32,000 nt of DNA from contig NC_002939.5 in assembly GCF_000007985.2 (NCBI RefSeq), positions 3,780,001-3,812,000 of the forward strand. Reading direction: 5' to 3'. The translations under genes were made by a program, and so were the position numbers. This document shows positions 17,101 through 23,888 of this stretch, piece by piece (the first letter of the stretch is position 1; every line of letters starts with the position of its first letter). The notes under the pieces were generated by a model that worked only from the letters and a program-made list of their open reading frames with translations, was not told where the DNA came from and made no database searches. Source of the DNA: Geobacter sulfurreducens PCA (lineage in GTDB: Bacteria; Desulfobacterota; Desulfuromonadia; Geobacterales; Geobacteraceae).

Positions 17101-18634
17101 TGGCCGGATTGGTCACCACAGCCACCTGTTCCTTGAAGTAGTCGGAGAGATTCTGACGCCGGCTGGAAAGCGACGCCAGGGGGCCGTCGTACCCCAGGGA
17201 CGCAATAGGGTCCGAGCCGCTGCCGGCCATCTCTCGCAGAATGGACAGATCGCTGGACTTCCAGGCAAAGGCGGACATGAGGTTGTCCTGGTGGAGTTTG
17301 GCGCTCCGGCCGAAGCGGACCGCCAGGGACGGCAGCCCGTCCCCCAGTGCCGCCCCCTGCGTTACCCACTTCTCCTGGGACGCCAGGTTCGTCCGCTTCC
17401 GGAAGCTCTGGTAAACCTCCCCCCGCAGGGCCGGGTGCCCGATGATCTCCACCTGTTGCCCCGCCACGATCCGCACCCCCACCTTCTCGCCGGGGGCCAG
17501 GGGCTTCGGGTCGCTCAGGATCTCCTCATGGGGGACGACGCCCAGTTCCGACGAGGCAAATATCTCCCGGTCGGTCTCACCCACCCAGAGAGGGCGCAGC
17601 CCCATGGCGTCCACGCTGAAGATGCAGAGATTGCGATGGCGGGCAATGATGGCCGCGGGCCCTTGGGCTGACGCCTTCAGAAAGCGGCGGAACCAGGTAT
17701 ACATGGCCTTCAGCTCCGGCCCCATGCCGTCCATGGCGCTGAAAATGGGCGGGAAAACCACCTCCATCGCCTCGAACAGGGTGAGACCATAGCGGAACAT
17801 GAGCCCTTCCAGGGTCCGATTCAGGTCCTGGGAGTCGGAGCCGTCGGCGAAGAGAGGAATTCCCATCATCCGAGCCTCTTCCCGAAGCCGGGCGATGGTG
17901 TTGATCTCGCCATTGTGCCCCAGAAGCGAAAAGGGCTGGGCCCGGAGCACTGTGGGGAGCGTGTTGGTGGAATAACGGCTGTGACCGATGGTAACTGAGG
18001 AGAGAAAGTCGCGGCGCCGCAATTCGGGATAGTAACGGGGAAGGAGTTCCGGTGCGCCGTGAACCTTCCAGGCGGTCACATCGGTGGAGAGAGACGCCAC
18101 GTGGACCGTGAAATCCCGCTCGATGGATGTTTGGAGTTCGAACAGGAGCTTTGGTGCTGCCACCTTCTCCGGGCAGAGGAGCGCCACCTGCCAGAAGAGG
18201 GGCTCCCCTTCCCTTGCGCGGCTGGAGAGGACTTCGCTCCGGACAATCCCGGGCCGCTCCACAAGCAACTGGACGCCGGCGGCGGAGAACCGGCCAAGGA
18301 TTGCCGCCTGCAGCTGCGGATCGGCGACAATGGCCTCCTTCGGCAGAAGCAAATGCCCCACGGCAAAGCCGGGAGCTTCGGCCAGATCGGGGTCGGCGCC
18401 TGCGCCAGCCAGGACCTCCCGCCAGATCGTTCGGGGGATGTCGGTCAGGACGCCACACCCGTCTCCTTCGCCGTTGATTTCACCGGCCCGGTGCCCCATC
18501 TTCACCAGGGCCTCGATGGTCCGTTGGACGTTGCCGTGGGTGGGACGGGCTTCCTTGTTGATGTGACAGATGATGGCGCAGGCGTCCCGCTCGGGGGGGA
18601 CGAGGCCGGAGGGGTCGATGGTCTTGTCGGCCAT
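14102..18634 (-). CDS. gltB: Glutamate synthase large-subunit-like protein (amidotransferase, central, FMN and GXGXG domains)
   Basis: From ATG 18634 (SD GAGGAG), 1510 aa. N-terminal Ntn-type block ERDACAIICH..MGHRAGE..GDGCGVL, FMN block GEGGE..GQGAKPGEGGHLPG..SPSNNHDIYSIEDLAQ, Fe-S Cys block CTACRGCHLGTCHVGIATQ, C-terminal beta-helix GGAQDGVGKSTSGGRIVILKG. No gltD-like gene in the window. Confidence 0.92.
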   Translation of the reverse strand: MADKTIDPSGLVPPERDACAIICHINKEARPTHGNVQRTIEALVKMGHRAGEINGEGDGCGVLTDIPRTIWREVLAGAGADPDLAEAPGFAVGHLLLPKEAIVADPQLQAAILGRFSAAGVQLLVERPGIVRSEVLSSRAREGEPLFWQVALLCPEKVAAPKLLFELQTSIERDFTVHVASLSTDVTAWKVHGAPELLPRYYPELRRRDFLSSVTIGHSRYSTNTLPTVLRAQPFSLLGHNGEINTIARLREEARMMGIPLFADGSDSQDLNRTLEGLMFRYGLTLFEAMEVVFPPIFSAMDGMGPELKAMYTWFRRFLKASAQGPAAIIARHRNLCIFSVDAMGLRPLWVGETDREIFASSELGVVPHEEILSDPKPLAPGEKVGVRIVAGQQVEIIGHPALRGEVYQSFRKRTNLASQEKWVTQGAALGDGLPSLAVRFGRSAKLHQDNLMSAFAWKSSDLSILREMAGSGSDPIASLGYDGPLASLSSRRQNLSDYFKEQVAVVTNPAIDREREAEHFSTRVYLGPRPLFRGPARLAVTLEVPLLTGGRRTGIEAADAAVAREFGTASLEALVAAFGEGKGRCRVIPCHMAKEECLGAALARLTREAVEAVSRGAAVLLLDDSDCFAPGKSFIDPFLVTAVLHKGLKEATDASGESLRRRTALVVRSGALRSLHDLIFALGMGADALCPYLMWEGAGDGPGMKNLFSVVAKGLEKVISTMGTHEIGGYGKYFASIGLCRHLAEIFETPNFCGSGQGGLTLERLEEENRSRSSVARSREKQPVPVQFRLYPKIWKMVGAVAKMEETYADLSRLIQQYEAENPLAIRHLLDLRYTQELTVDPDEVDTTVGDHNLPILISAMSFGSQGETPFRIYAEAAKRLNIICMNGEGGEIADMLGQYRKNRGQQIASGRFGVNMAFLNSADFLEIKVGQGAKPGEGGHLPGFKVTAKIAAARHATPGVSLISPSNNHDIYSIEDLAQIVEELRTANPWARMSVKVPAVAGIGTIALGVAKAGADIITISGYDGGTGAARKHAIKFVGLPAEIGVSEAHKALVAAGMRQKVEIWADGGARTGRDVVKLMLLGANRVGFGTMAMVVIGCTACRGCHLGTCHVGIATQIETAEEAEARGLKRFVPRVLENGVIYMSTFFRGMSREIRILTAKLGFRRTQDLVGRSDLLAQARGLDRLDLTELLRPARPEEHQPFEPEVRIIRKPLNYLTSLISGLVTDSFAKGEERVRYDDDSATSSDRAIGTHLAGALERGVAEGRVRTGQRALLQFRRDSIPGNGLAAFSIDRLTIRVEGGAQDGVGKSTSGGRIVILKGENREGRRVGGTVGKGLAYGAQGGTFLVQGDADSRACIRLSGADVVFGSRIREPVDDFRGDIASRANLKGFAFEYMTAGRVVVLGDPGPWICSGMTGGVVYCHLDGAMGFTREALRRRLAKGAGVEIRDVEEEDVASIGELLLKYHRELLHSHQEEEADAVEGIIADTRSCFVKIVPEKNIVTPRSTE

Positions 18635-18674
18635 GGTGTTCTCCTCGGCACGGCAGGGTAGTCGAACGGTGTTA

Positions 18675-18704
18675 ACTATCGCACACAATTTTAGCAGGCC
18701 GCAA
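18675..18704 (-). promoter_or_regulatory. Weak candidate sigma70 promoter for gltB
   Basis: Minus strand reads TTGCGG (18704..18699), 18-nt spacer, TGcGATAGT extended -10 (18680..18675), about 40 nt upstream of the gltB ATG. Motif reading only. Confidence 0.25.
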
Positions 18705-18725
18705 GGGATAGCTCCCGACGACCGC

Positions 18726-18763
18726 CGCAAAAACAAGAGGGACGCGGCCATGCCCGTCCCCTC
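18726..18763 (-). terminator. Intrinsic terminator-like hairpin plus U-tract on the minus strand, about 100 nt upstream of the gltB start
   Basis: Minus strand: GGGACG-GGC-AUG-GCC-g-CGUCCC (6 + 3 bp, one bulge) followed by UCUUGUUUUUG. Confidence 0.55.
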
Positions 18764-18816
18764 GCCATTGGTGTCTCCCTATTCGATGCAACTCAACCAT
18801 TTTAGTGCGATCCAAC

Positions 18817-18858
18817 AAAAAAAAACAGCCTGGAATTTTTCCCGCCGGGAGCTATAGT
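18817..18858 (+). promoter_or_regulatory. Candidate plus-strand promoter with upstream A-tract
   Basis: A9 tract 18817..18825 (UP-element-like), CTGGAA (18830..18835), 17-nt spacer, TATAGT (18853..18858). This is the only plus-strand signal in a window where all genes are on the minus strand. Confidence 0.4.
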
Positions 18859-18864
18859 TTACTC

Positions 18865-19048
18865 AGGTAGCTACCTGAACCAGCACTGCCAAAAGGAGGG
18901 GCGAAACCTATCGAGGAAGTTTCAGCCGAACCACAACTTAGGCAGTACGAATCCGGCTGCCGTTGATGCCGGAAGATCCCGTGAAACGGGAACTCGGAAA
19001 TATGAATGAGCAGGGGCCCGCCGCAGAGTGGCGGGCCTTTCATTTTCT
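18865..19048 (+). ncRNA. Candidate ~180-nt small RNA of unrecognised family
   Basis: Bounded by the promoter above and a strong plus-strand terminator. No credible ORF. Local hairpins at 18864..18877, 18903..18923 and 18977..18991. Five GGA motifs within 18895..18998. GGCAG (18941..18945) has two alternative CUGCC partners. Confidence 0.4.
19015..19048 (+). terminator. Rho-independent terminator, better on the plus strand
   Basis: GGCCCGCC (19015..19022), loop GCAGAGT, GGCGGGCC (19030..19037), then TTTCATTTTCT. On the minus strand the same hairpin is followed by CCUGCUCAUUC, a poor U-tract. The U-tract overlaps the last codons and stop of the hydrolase gene. Confidence 0.6.
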
Positions 19049-19867
19049 CCCCGACACCCCTTCCTGCTCCAGAAATCCCTCAATGATCCGCCAGAACTCC
19101 AGCCAGTCGGGGGGGCAGTCATTATGGCCGCAGCGAAGCTCTATCAGGCACCCGCGCCGGACGGTACGGGCCAGTTCGCGCCCGTGGCCGACGGGGATGA
19201 TGTCGTCTTCCGTGCCGTGCAGGATGAGGACCGCTCCGCCGTAGGATTCCAGGGCCTTACGGTTGTCGAAGACATCGCGTGCCAGAAATCCGGGGAGGAG
19301 CATCTGCCGGGCAAAGGGACGGGTCGAGGTGAACGGCGACTGGAGGATAAGGGCCGCCAGCGGGCGTCTGAGGCTCAGGGCACAGGCGGCCCCGCATCCG
19401 AGCGACCTGCCGAAGGCGATCATGCGGCCGGAATCCGTGTCGCTCCTCCGCACAAGTTCATCATAGGCGGCCACGGCCGCAGCCGTGATTCCCTCCTCTG
19501 ACGGCGACCCGCCGGAACGGCCGTATCCCGGATACTCCACGAGCATGACGTGCATCCCCATCCTGCGAAACCCCTCGGCCTGGTCCGGCAGAACGTCGAT
19601 CACCTCGCCGTTGCCGTGAAAAAAGAGTACCACCGGACGCCTGTCTCCGGCAACGCTCCCCGTGGCCGGCAGAAACCAGGATTCGACGTGGCCGTATGGG
19701 GTTGTGAGCCAGAGGGGATGGATGTCGGGCAAATCGGGAGGCTGGCCGGCCACGGAAAGGGAACGGCCGGGATAGATGATGGTGCGCTGGACCAGGAAAC
19801 AGAGCAGTGCGTACCCCACATAGGCGAGCACGGCCAGGATGACGATCCGGATGAGGGGATGCTCCAT
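19040..19867 (-). CDS. Membrane-anchored alpha/beta-fold serine hydrolase
   Basis: From ATG 19867: MEHPLIRIVILAVLAYVGYALLCFLV (TM anchor), HGNGE, nucleophile elbow GRSLGCG, HGTEDDIIP, CGHND. The 385-aa track ORF extends upstream across slyX and is trimmed. Confidence 0.85.
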   Translation of the reverse strand: MEHPLIRIVILAVLAYVGYALLCFLVQRTIIYPGRSLSVAGQPPDLPDIHPLWLTTPYGHVESWFLPATGSVAGDRRPVVLFFHGNGEVIDVLPDQAEGFRRMGMHVMLVEYPGYGRSGGSPSEEGITAAAVAAYDELVRRSDTDSGRMIAFGRSLGCGAACALSLRRPLAALILQSPFTSTRPFARQMLLPGFLARDVFDNRKALESYGGAVLILHGTEDDIIPVGHGRELARTVRRGCLIELRCGHNDCPPDWLEFWRIIEGFLEQEGVSGRK

Positions 19868-19887
19868 GGGGCCCCCATGAATGGCTG

Positions 19888-20091
19888 TCAGTAGTGGGGA
19901 GGCGGCGTTTCCTCGTCGGGCGGGCGGGTTGGCGACGGCGCCACCGCCAGGAACTGCGTCCGCAGGGCCTTCAGCTCGTCTTCCAACCGGTCGATGGCCT
20001 GCTGCTGGCGGTAGACCACCTCGTTCAGTTCCTGGATGGTGTGCTCCAGGTGCGAAAGGTGGATCTCGATGTCGGTGATGCGGTTTTCCAT
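19888..20091 (-). CDS. slyX: SlyX family protein
   Basis: 67 aa. MENRITDIEIHLSHLEHTIQELNEVVYRQQQAIDRLEDELKALRTQF is the typical SlyX coiled coil. Confidence 0.85.
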   Translation of the reverse strand: MENRITDIEIHLSHLEHTIQELNEVVYRQQQAIDRLEDELKALRTQFLAVAPSPTRPPDEETPPPHY

Positions 20092-20120
20092 GGCTGGTTC
20101 GATGCTTGGGCCGGAATGAG

Positions 20121-20150
20121 GAAAAGGCAGCGCCGGGCTGCCTTTTCCTT
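20121..20150. terminator. Bidirectional intrinsic terminator downstream of hemE
   Basis: AAAAGGCAGC (20122..20131), loop GCCGG, GCTGCCTTTT (20137..20146). A- and T-tracts flank a 6-bp GC core, so it works in both orientations. Confidence 0.7.
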
Positions 20151-20169
20151 GTCCAGGCAGGTAATCGGG

Positions 20170-21192
20170 CTACTTCTGGGACAGCCGGTGCACGCACTCC
20201 ACCATGTGGATGGCGTTTTCCGGCGGCACTGTCGGCAGGATGCCGTGTCCCAGGTTGAAGATGTGTCCGGGACGGCCGGCATTCTCGTCGAGCACCCGCT
20301 TCACCTCGGCCTCGATGACCTCTTTGGGGGCGTAGAGGACCGTGGGGTCCAGGTTCCCCTGCACGGCCATGTTCTGACCGAGCACGTCCCTGGCCTTCCC
20401 AAGATTCACGTGCCAGTCGAGCCCCATGACGTCGCCGCCGGCCTTCTGCACCGTCTCCAGCATGGTGCCGGCGCCCTTGACAAAGTGGATCACCGGCGTG
20501 TTCTGACGGTTCAGGCCGTTGATGAGCTTGGTGGTGTAGGGCAGAACGTACTTCTCGTAATCGGTGGGGGAGAGGACCCCGCCCCAGGTGTCGAAGATCT
20601 GGATCGCCTGGGCACCGGCCTTGATCTGGGCGTTCAGGTACTCCATGTCCATCATGGTAACCTTGTCCATGAGGGCGGCATAGACGTCGGGAGCGGCATA
20701 CATCATCCGCTTGATGTTTGCCCAGTCCTTGGAACCCTTGCCTTCAACCATGTAGCAGGCCAGGGTGAACGGCGCTCCGCCGAAGCCGATCAGGGGAACC
20801 CTGCCGGCCAGTTCCCGACGGAGGATCTTGATGGTGTCCAGTACGTAGGGGACATCTTCCTCGGGGTTGGGAATGCGCAGCTTCTCCACATCGGCCATGG
20901 TACGTACGGGGTGCTCGAAGACCGGGCCGGGCACGAAGTCGAGCTTGAGCCCCATGGGCTCAACCGGAGTGAGGATGTCGGAGAAGAGGATCGCCGCGTC
21001 GACATTCAGAATGTCGATGGGCTGAATGGTCACCTCTGCCGCCAGTTCCGGGGTCTTGCAGAGTTCCAGGAAGGTGCACTTGGAGCGTACTGCCATATAT
21101 TCGGGGAGATAGCGGCCCGCCTGGCGCATGAGCCACACGGGAGTACGGTCAACGGGCTTGCCCCAGCAGGCGTCGAGAAAACGATTATTCAT
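20170..21192 (-). CDS. hemE: Uroporphyrinogen decarboxylase
   Basis: 340 aa. PVWLMRQAGRYLPEY, IQPIDILNVDAAILFSDIL, IGFGGAPFTLACYMVEG, NLGHGILP are canonical HemE blocks. Confidence 0.97.
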   Translation of the reverse strand: MNNRFLDACWGKPVDRTPVWLMRQAGRYLPEYMAVRSKCTFLELCKTPELAAEVTIQPIDILNVDAAILFSDILTPVEPMGLKLDFVPGPVFEHPVRTMADVEKLRIPNPEEDVPYVLDTIKILRRELAGRVPLIGFGGAPFTLACYMVEGKGSKDWANIKRMMYAAPDVYAALMDKVTMMDMEYLNAQIKAGAQAIQIFDTWGGVLSPTDYEKYVLPYTTKLINGLNRQNTPVIHFVKGAGTMLETVQKAGGDVMGLDWHVNLGKARDVLGQNMAVQGNLDPTVLYAPKEVIEAEVKRVLDENAGRPGHIFNLGHGILPTVPPENAIHMVECVHRLSQK

Positions 21193-21230
21193 TGAAAACC
21201 CTCCTCAGAGAAATTGTCTTTGGAATTTCG

Positions 21231-21236
21231 ATTATA
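21231..21236 (-). promoter_or_regulatory. Candidate -10 box for hemE
   Basis: Perfect TATAAT on the minus strand about 40 nt upstream of the hemE ATG, in an AT-rich patch of an otherwise GC-rich sequence. No convincing -35. Confidence 0.3.
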
Positions 21237-21364
21237 AAAACCCAGAAGCGTGAGATTTGCATCAAATTGCTGCACCCGCAGTAACCCCGGCGGAGGCGTA
21301 GCCCGGCTACGCCGCACAAGGGGGTGACGAGGACGACGCCAACACGGCGTAACTATCGCGTTCC

Positions 21365-22435
21365 TTACGCCTTCTTCTGAAGGCGTATCGGCACGTAATT
21401 ACAGAACGGCTCCTCTTCCATGTAATCCCCATAGACCGCGTCGGCCCGGGCCCGGCAGCCGCCGCAGACGTTGATGAACTCACACTCGCCGCATTTCCCC
21501 TTGTATGCCTTGAAGTTACGGAGATCCTTGAAGATTTCCGAGTTCTCCCAGATTTCCCGGAAGGGGATTTCCTTCACGTTGCCGGCAGTACGGTGGAAGT
21601 AGGAGCAGGGCTTTACGTTGCCGAAGCAGTCGATGAGACAGATGGTCTGGGCCGCGATGCATCCTTTGCCGCCGCCGGTGGAGAAGGTCAGGGAGCGGCG
21701 TTCGAACTTGACCCCTTCCTGCTTGGCCCGCATGGGGACCATCCGGTAGTAGTGGGGGGCACAGGTGGGGCGCATGAGAATTTCGTCCTCAAGCTTCTCC
21801 TGCTGGTAGTGCCACTCCAGGATCTCCTCGTAGTCCTCCTTGGAGATGAGCTCGTTCATGATCTCCTCGCCCCGGCCCGTGGGGACGATCATGAACATGT
21901 ACCAGGCAGTGGCGCCCAGGCTCTTGGCCAGCTTGAAAGTGTTGGCGATATCGTGCTGGTTCCGTTTGGTAAAGGAAGAATTTATGAGGAATTTCTGGCC
22001 GTTACGCCGGAAGATTTCGGCGGCCCGCACCACTCCCTCGAAGGCACCGGGACACTGGCGGAAATCGTCGTGGACCTCGGCGCTGCTGCCATCCAGAGAG
22101 AGGGACACCATCTTGATGTCCGCCTTCCTCATTTTGGCGCAGATTTCGTCGGTGACCAAGGCGCCGTTGGTGGCCATGCACATCCGCAGCCCCAGAGAGG
22201 TGCCGTACTCGGCCAACTCAAAGATATCCTGGCGCATGAGGGGCTCACCGCCCGAAAGAACGATGACCGGTTTTGAGAAATCGGCAATCTCCTTCAGGAG
22301 CTTCTTCCCTTCCTCGGTGGTGAAATCACCTTCGGAGGAGGTCAGGTCAGAGGAACAGCGACAGTGGACGCACTTGAGGTTGCATTTCTGGGTGGTTTCC
22401 CAGGCAACCCACTTGGGAATGAATTCTTCGGCCAT
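21365..22435 (-). CDS. Radical SAM/SPASM-domain enzyme, AhbD/NirJ-like
   Basis: 356 aa. CNLKCVHC (CX3CX2C) near the N-terminus, SGGEPLM, and a C-terminal Cys-rich auxiliary-cluster region ([34 protein letters not shown]). Confidence 0.85.
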   Translation of the reverse strand: MAEEFIPKWVAWETTQKCNLKCVHCRCSSDLTSSEGDFTTEEGKKLLKEIADFSKPVIVLSGGEPLMRQDIFELAEYGTSLGLRMCMATNGALVTDEICAKMRKADIKMVSLSLDGSSAEVHDDFRQCPGAFEGVVRAAEIFRRNGQKFLINSSFTKRNQHDIANTFKLAKSLGATAWYMFMIVPTGRGEEIMNELISKEDYEEILEWHYQQEKLEDEILMRPTCAPHYYRMVPMRAKQEGVKFERRSLTFSTGGGKGCIAAQTICLIDCFGNVKPCSYFHRTAGNVKEIPFREIWENSEIFKDLRNFKAYKGKCGECEFINVCGGCRARADAVYGDYMEEEPFCNYVPIRLQKKA

Positions 22436-22519
22436 GGATTCTCCGTTCGTGTGACAATCCTGTAAATCCTACTAAAATAACCTCGACAGCACAAGAAGTT
22501 TAGCGGCCGGGGGCCGGTA

Positions 22520-23275
22520 CTACTCTGCCATCTTTCGATTGAAGATGGCCACCGTGGCGACGAAGGCGGCCAGAGCGGTAATGGCGAGGATGGCAATCAG
22601 GCCGGCATCGAGAGCACCTGCCAGGAGAGCCCTGCGGGATCCCTCGAACAGGGCCGTGGTGGGGATGAGCATGACCGTGGCTCGCAACGCCTCGGGATAG
22701 GACGATACCGGGAAGAAGACCCCTGACAGGAAGATGAGGGGCATAATGACCACTGCCTGAACCTTGCCTATGGTCTCGGGTTTGTCCAGGAGCGTCCCGC
22801 AGACCGTCCCGGCACAGGAAAAGACCATGGAACCAAGAATGATGAAGGAAAGATAGGCCACCAGGTGGGTGGGGTCGAACCGGACGCCGGTGAGAAGGAA
22901 GATGACCGCAGCCACGGCCACCCCCTTGAGGGCGCCCTGGGTGAAACCCGAGAATATCTTGCCGATGACGATATCGTAGACGGTGATCGGGGTGACCCGG
23001 TAAGCCTCGATGGTCCGCTGAACCTTACGGTGAAACCACATGCTCCAGGCGCTCTCGTCGAAGGCGGCAGAAACGGCGGTCATGGTGATGAGCCCCGGCG
23101 CCATGAACACGGTGTATGGCACCCCTTCCACATCGGCAATGTAGCCGCGAAGGCCGAAGCCGAAGGCGAGGTAAAAGGTGAGGGGAGCGGCCACCACCGC
23201 CGCCAGTTCCGAGAAGAGGCTGCGGCGGAGCACCAGCATGTCGCGCTTCCAGATGGAAAAGGCGCCTGTCAACAC
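22520..23275 (-). CDS. ABC-2 type transporter permease
   Basis: 6-TM ABC-2 (YadH/NodJ-like) pattern: FSIWKRDMLVLRRSLFSELAAVVAAPLTFYLAFG ... The start is placed at GTG 23275, 9 nt after AGGAGG. The track start ATG 23350 adds an Arg-rich 25-aa extension with no SD. Confidence 0.8.
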   Translation of the reverse strand: MLTGAFSIWKRDMLVLRRSLFSELAAVVAAPLTFYLAFGFGLRGYIADVEGVPYTVFMAPGLITMTAVSAAFDESAWSMWFHRKVQRTIEAYRVTPITVYDIVIGKIFSGFTQGALKGVAVAAVIFLLTGVRFDPTHLVAYLSFIILGSMVFSCAGTVCGTLLDKPETIGKVQAVVIMPLIFLSGVFFPVSSYPEALRATVMLIPTTALFEGSRRALLAGALDAGLIAILAITALAAFVATVAIFNRKMAE

Positions 23276-23374
23276 GGTTCCCCGCCTCCTGCGGCGCAGA
23301 TCACCCCCGGACCGGCGGAATGCCGACGCTGCTGCGCGTTCAGCCGCCATGGCGGTCCGTAGCCTGGCTGGCCG

Positions 23375-23884
23375 TTACTTATAATTTTTCCGCCGGAAGA
23401 GGCCCGTTTTGATCGAGACAATCCGGTCGAGGAACAGGATGCCGTCCAAGTGGTCCATCTCGTGCTGGATTGCGACGGCCTCGAAGCCGGAGGCCGTGAT
23501 CTCCCGCTCCGAGCCATCCGCGCCGTCCAGGAAGCGGACCCGGACCTCGGTGGAGCGCTCCACGTCTCCCGTGTAGTCGGGGACGCTCATGCATCCTTCG
23601 CGCATGACCGCATTGCCCGACCGGTCAACGATCTCCGGGTTGACCATGAGGAGCAGCCCGTGGTTGTTGTCCTTGCCGTGGCGGCTGCCCGAGACGTCAA
23701 TGACGCAGACCCGCAAGGTGACGCCGATCTGGGGGGCGGCAACGCCCACGGAGCCGGGACCTTCACGCATGGTCTCGATCAGGTCGTCGATCAGCCCCCT
23801 GATGGCCTCGTCGATGGCCGTGACAGTATGACATACCTTCTTCAGGACGGGATGGGGATACTGCAGTATGGTCTGTGCTGGCAT
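23375..23884 (-). CDS. def: Peptide deformylase
   Basis: 169 aa. GVAAPQIG, EGCMSVP, HEMDHLDG are the three Def motifs. Confidence 0.95.
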   Translation of the reverse strand: MPAQTILQYPHPVLKKVCHTVTAIDEAIRGLIDDLIETMREGPGSVGVAAPQIGVTLRVCVIDVSGSRHGKDNNHGLLLMVNPEIVDRSGNAVMREGCMSVPDYTGDVERSTEVRVRFLDGADGSEREITASGFEAVAIQHEMDHLDGILFLDRIVSIKTGLFRRKNYK

Positions 23885-23888
23885 GGCG

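Noticed and set aside
18636-18810. 43-codon minus-strand ORF (MVELHRIGRHQWRGDGHGRVPLVFAAVVGSYPLRPAKIVCDS) and the in-frame 39-codon upstream extension of gltB (track start 18751).
   Set aside because: Neither has an SD, and both run through the terminator hairpin. The gltB ATG at 18634 has a strong GAGGAG, and the conserved N-terminus begins there.
18831-18845. Sigma54-like spacing, TGGAATTTTTCCCGC (GG and GC 12 nt apart), on the plus strand.
   Set aside because: The -24 box lacks CAC and the -12 box lacks TTGC. The sigma70-type reading (CTGGAA, 17-nt spacer, TATAGT with upstream A-tract) fits better.
18852-19043. 63-aa minus-strand ORF whose ATG overlaps the hydrolase stop (ATGA), suggesting translational coupling.
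   Set aside because: Codons are dominated by A/T-ending triplets (ATT, CAT, TTT, AGT, GGT, CCT, CTA), unlike every real gene here. The product is low-complexity, and the region is better explained by RNA structure and terminator elements.
18865-19048. Known riboswitch or housekeeping RNA identity for the structured element (TPP, c-di-GMP GEMM-I, fluoride, ZTP, SRP, 6S).
   Set aside because: Compared by eye with the consensus cores as I remember them. Only partial resemblances appeared, for example ACCUGA..GCCA versus the TPP P4-P5 region without the required CUGG/CCAG helix or CUGAGA. No plus-strand gene follows that it could regulate. A covariance-model search is needed for a real answer.
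19868-20197. N-terminal extension of the hydrolase ORF (385-aa version) across slyX.
   Set aside because: The extension overlaps the well-supported slyX gene out of frame and is Pro/Arg/Gly-rich. A TM-anchor N-terminus begins at ATG 19867.
21295-21313. Hairpin GGCGTAGC-CCG-GCTACGCC between the radical SAM gene and hemE.
   Set aside because: The 8-bp stem has only a 3-nt loop and no U-tract on the mRNA strand, so it was not called as a terminator. It may still pause or stabilise transcripts.
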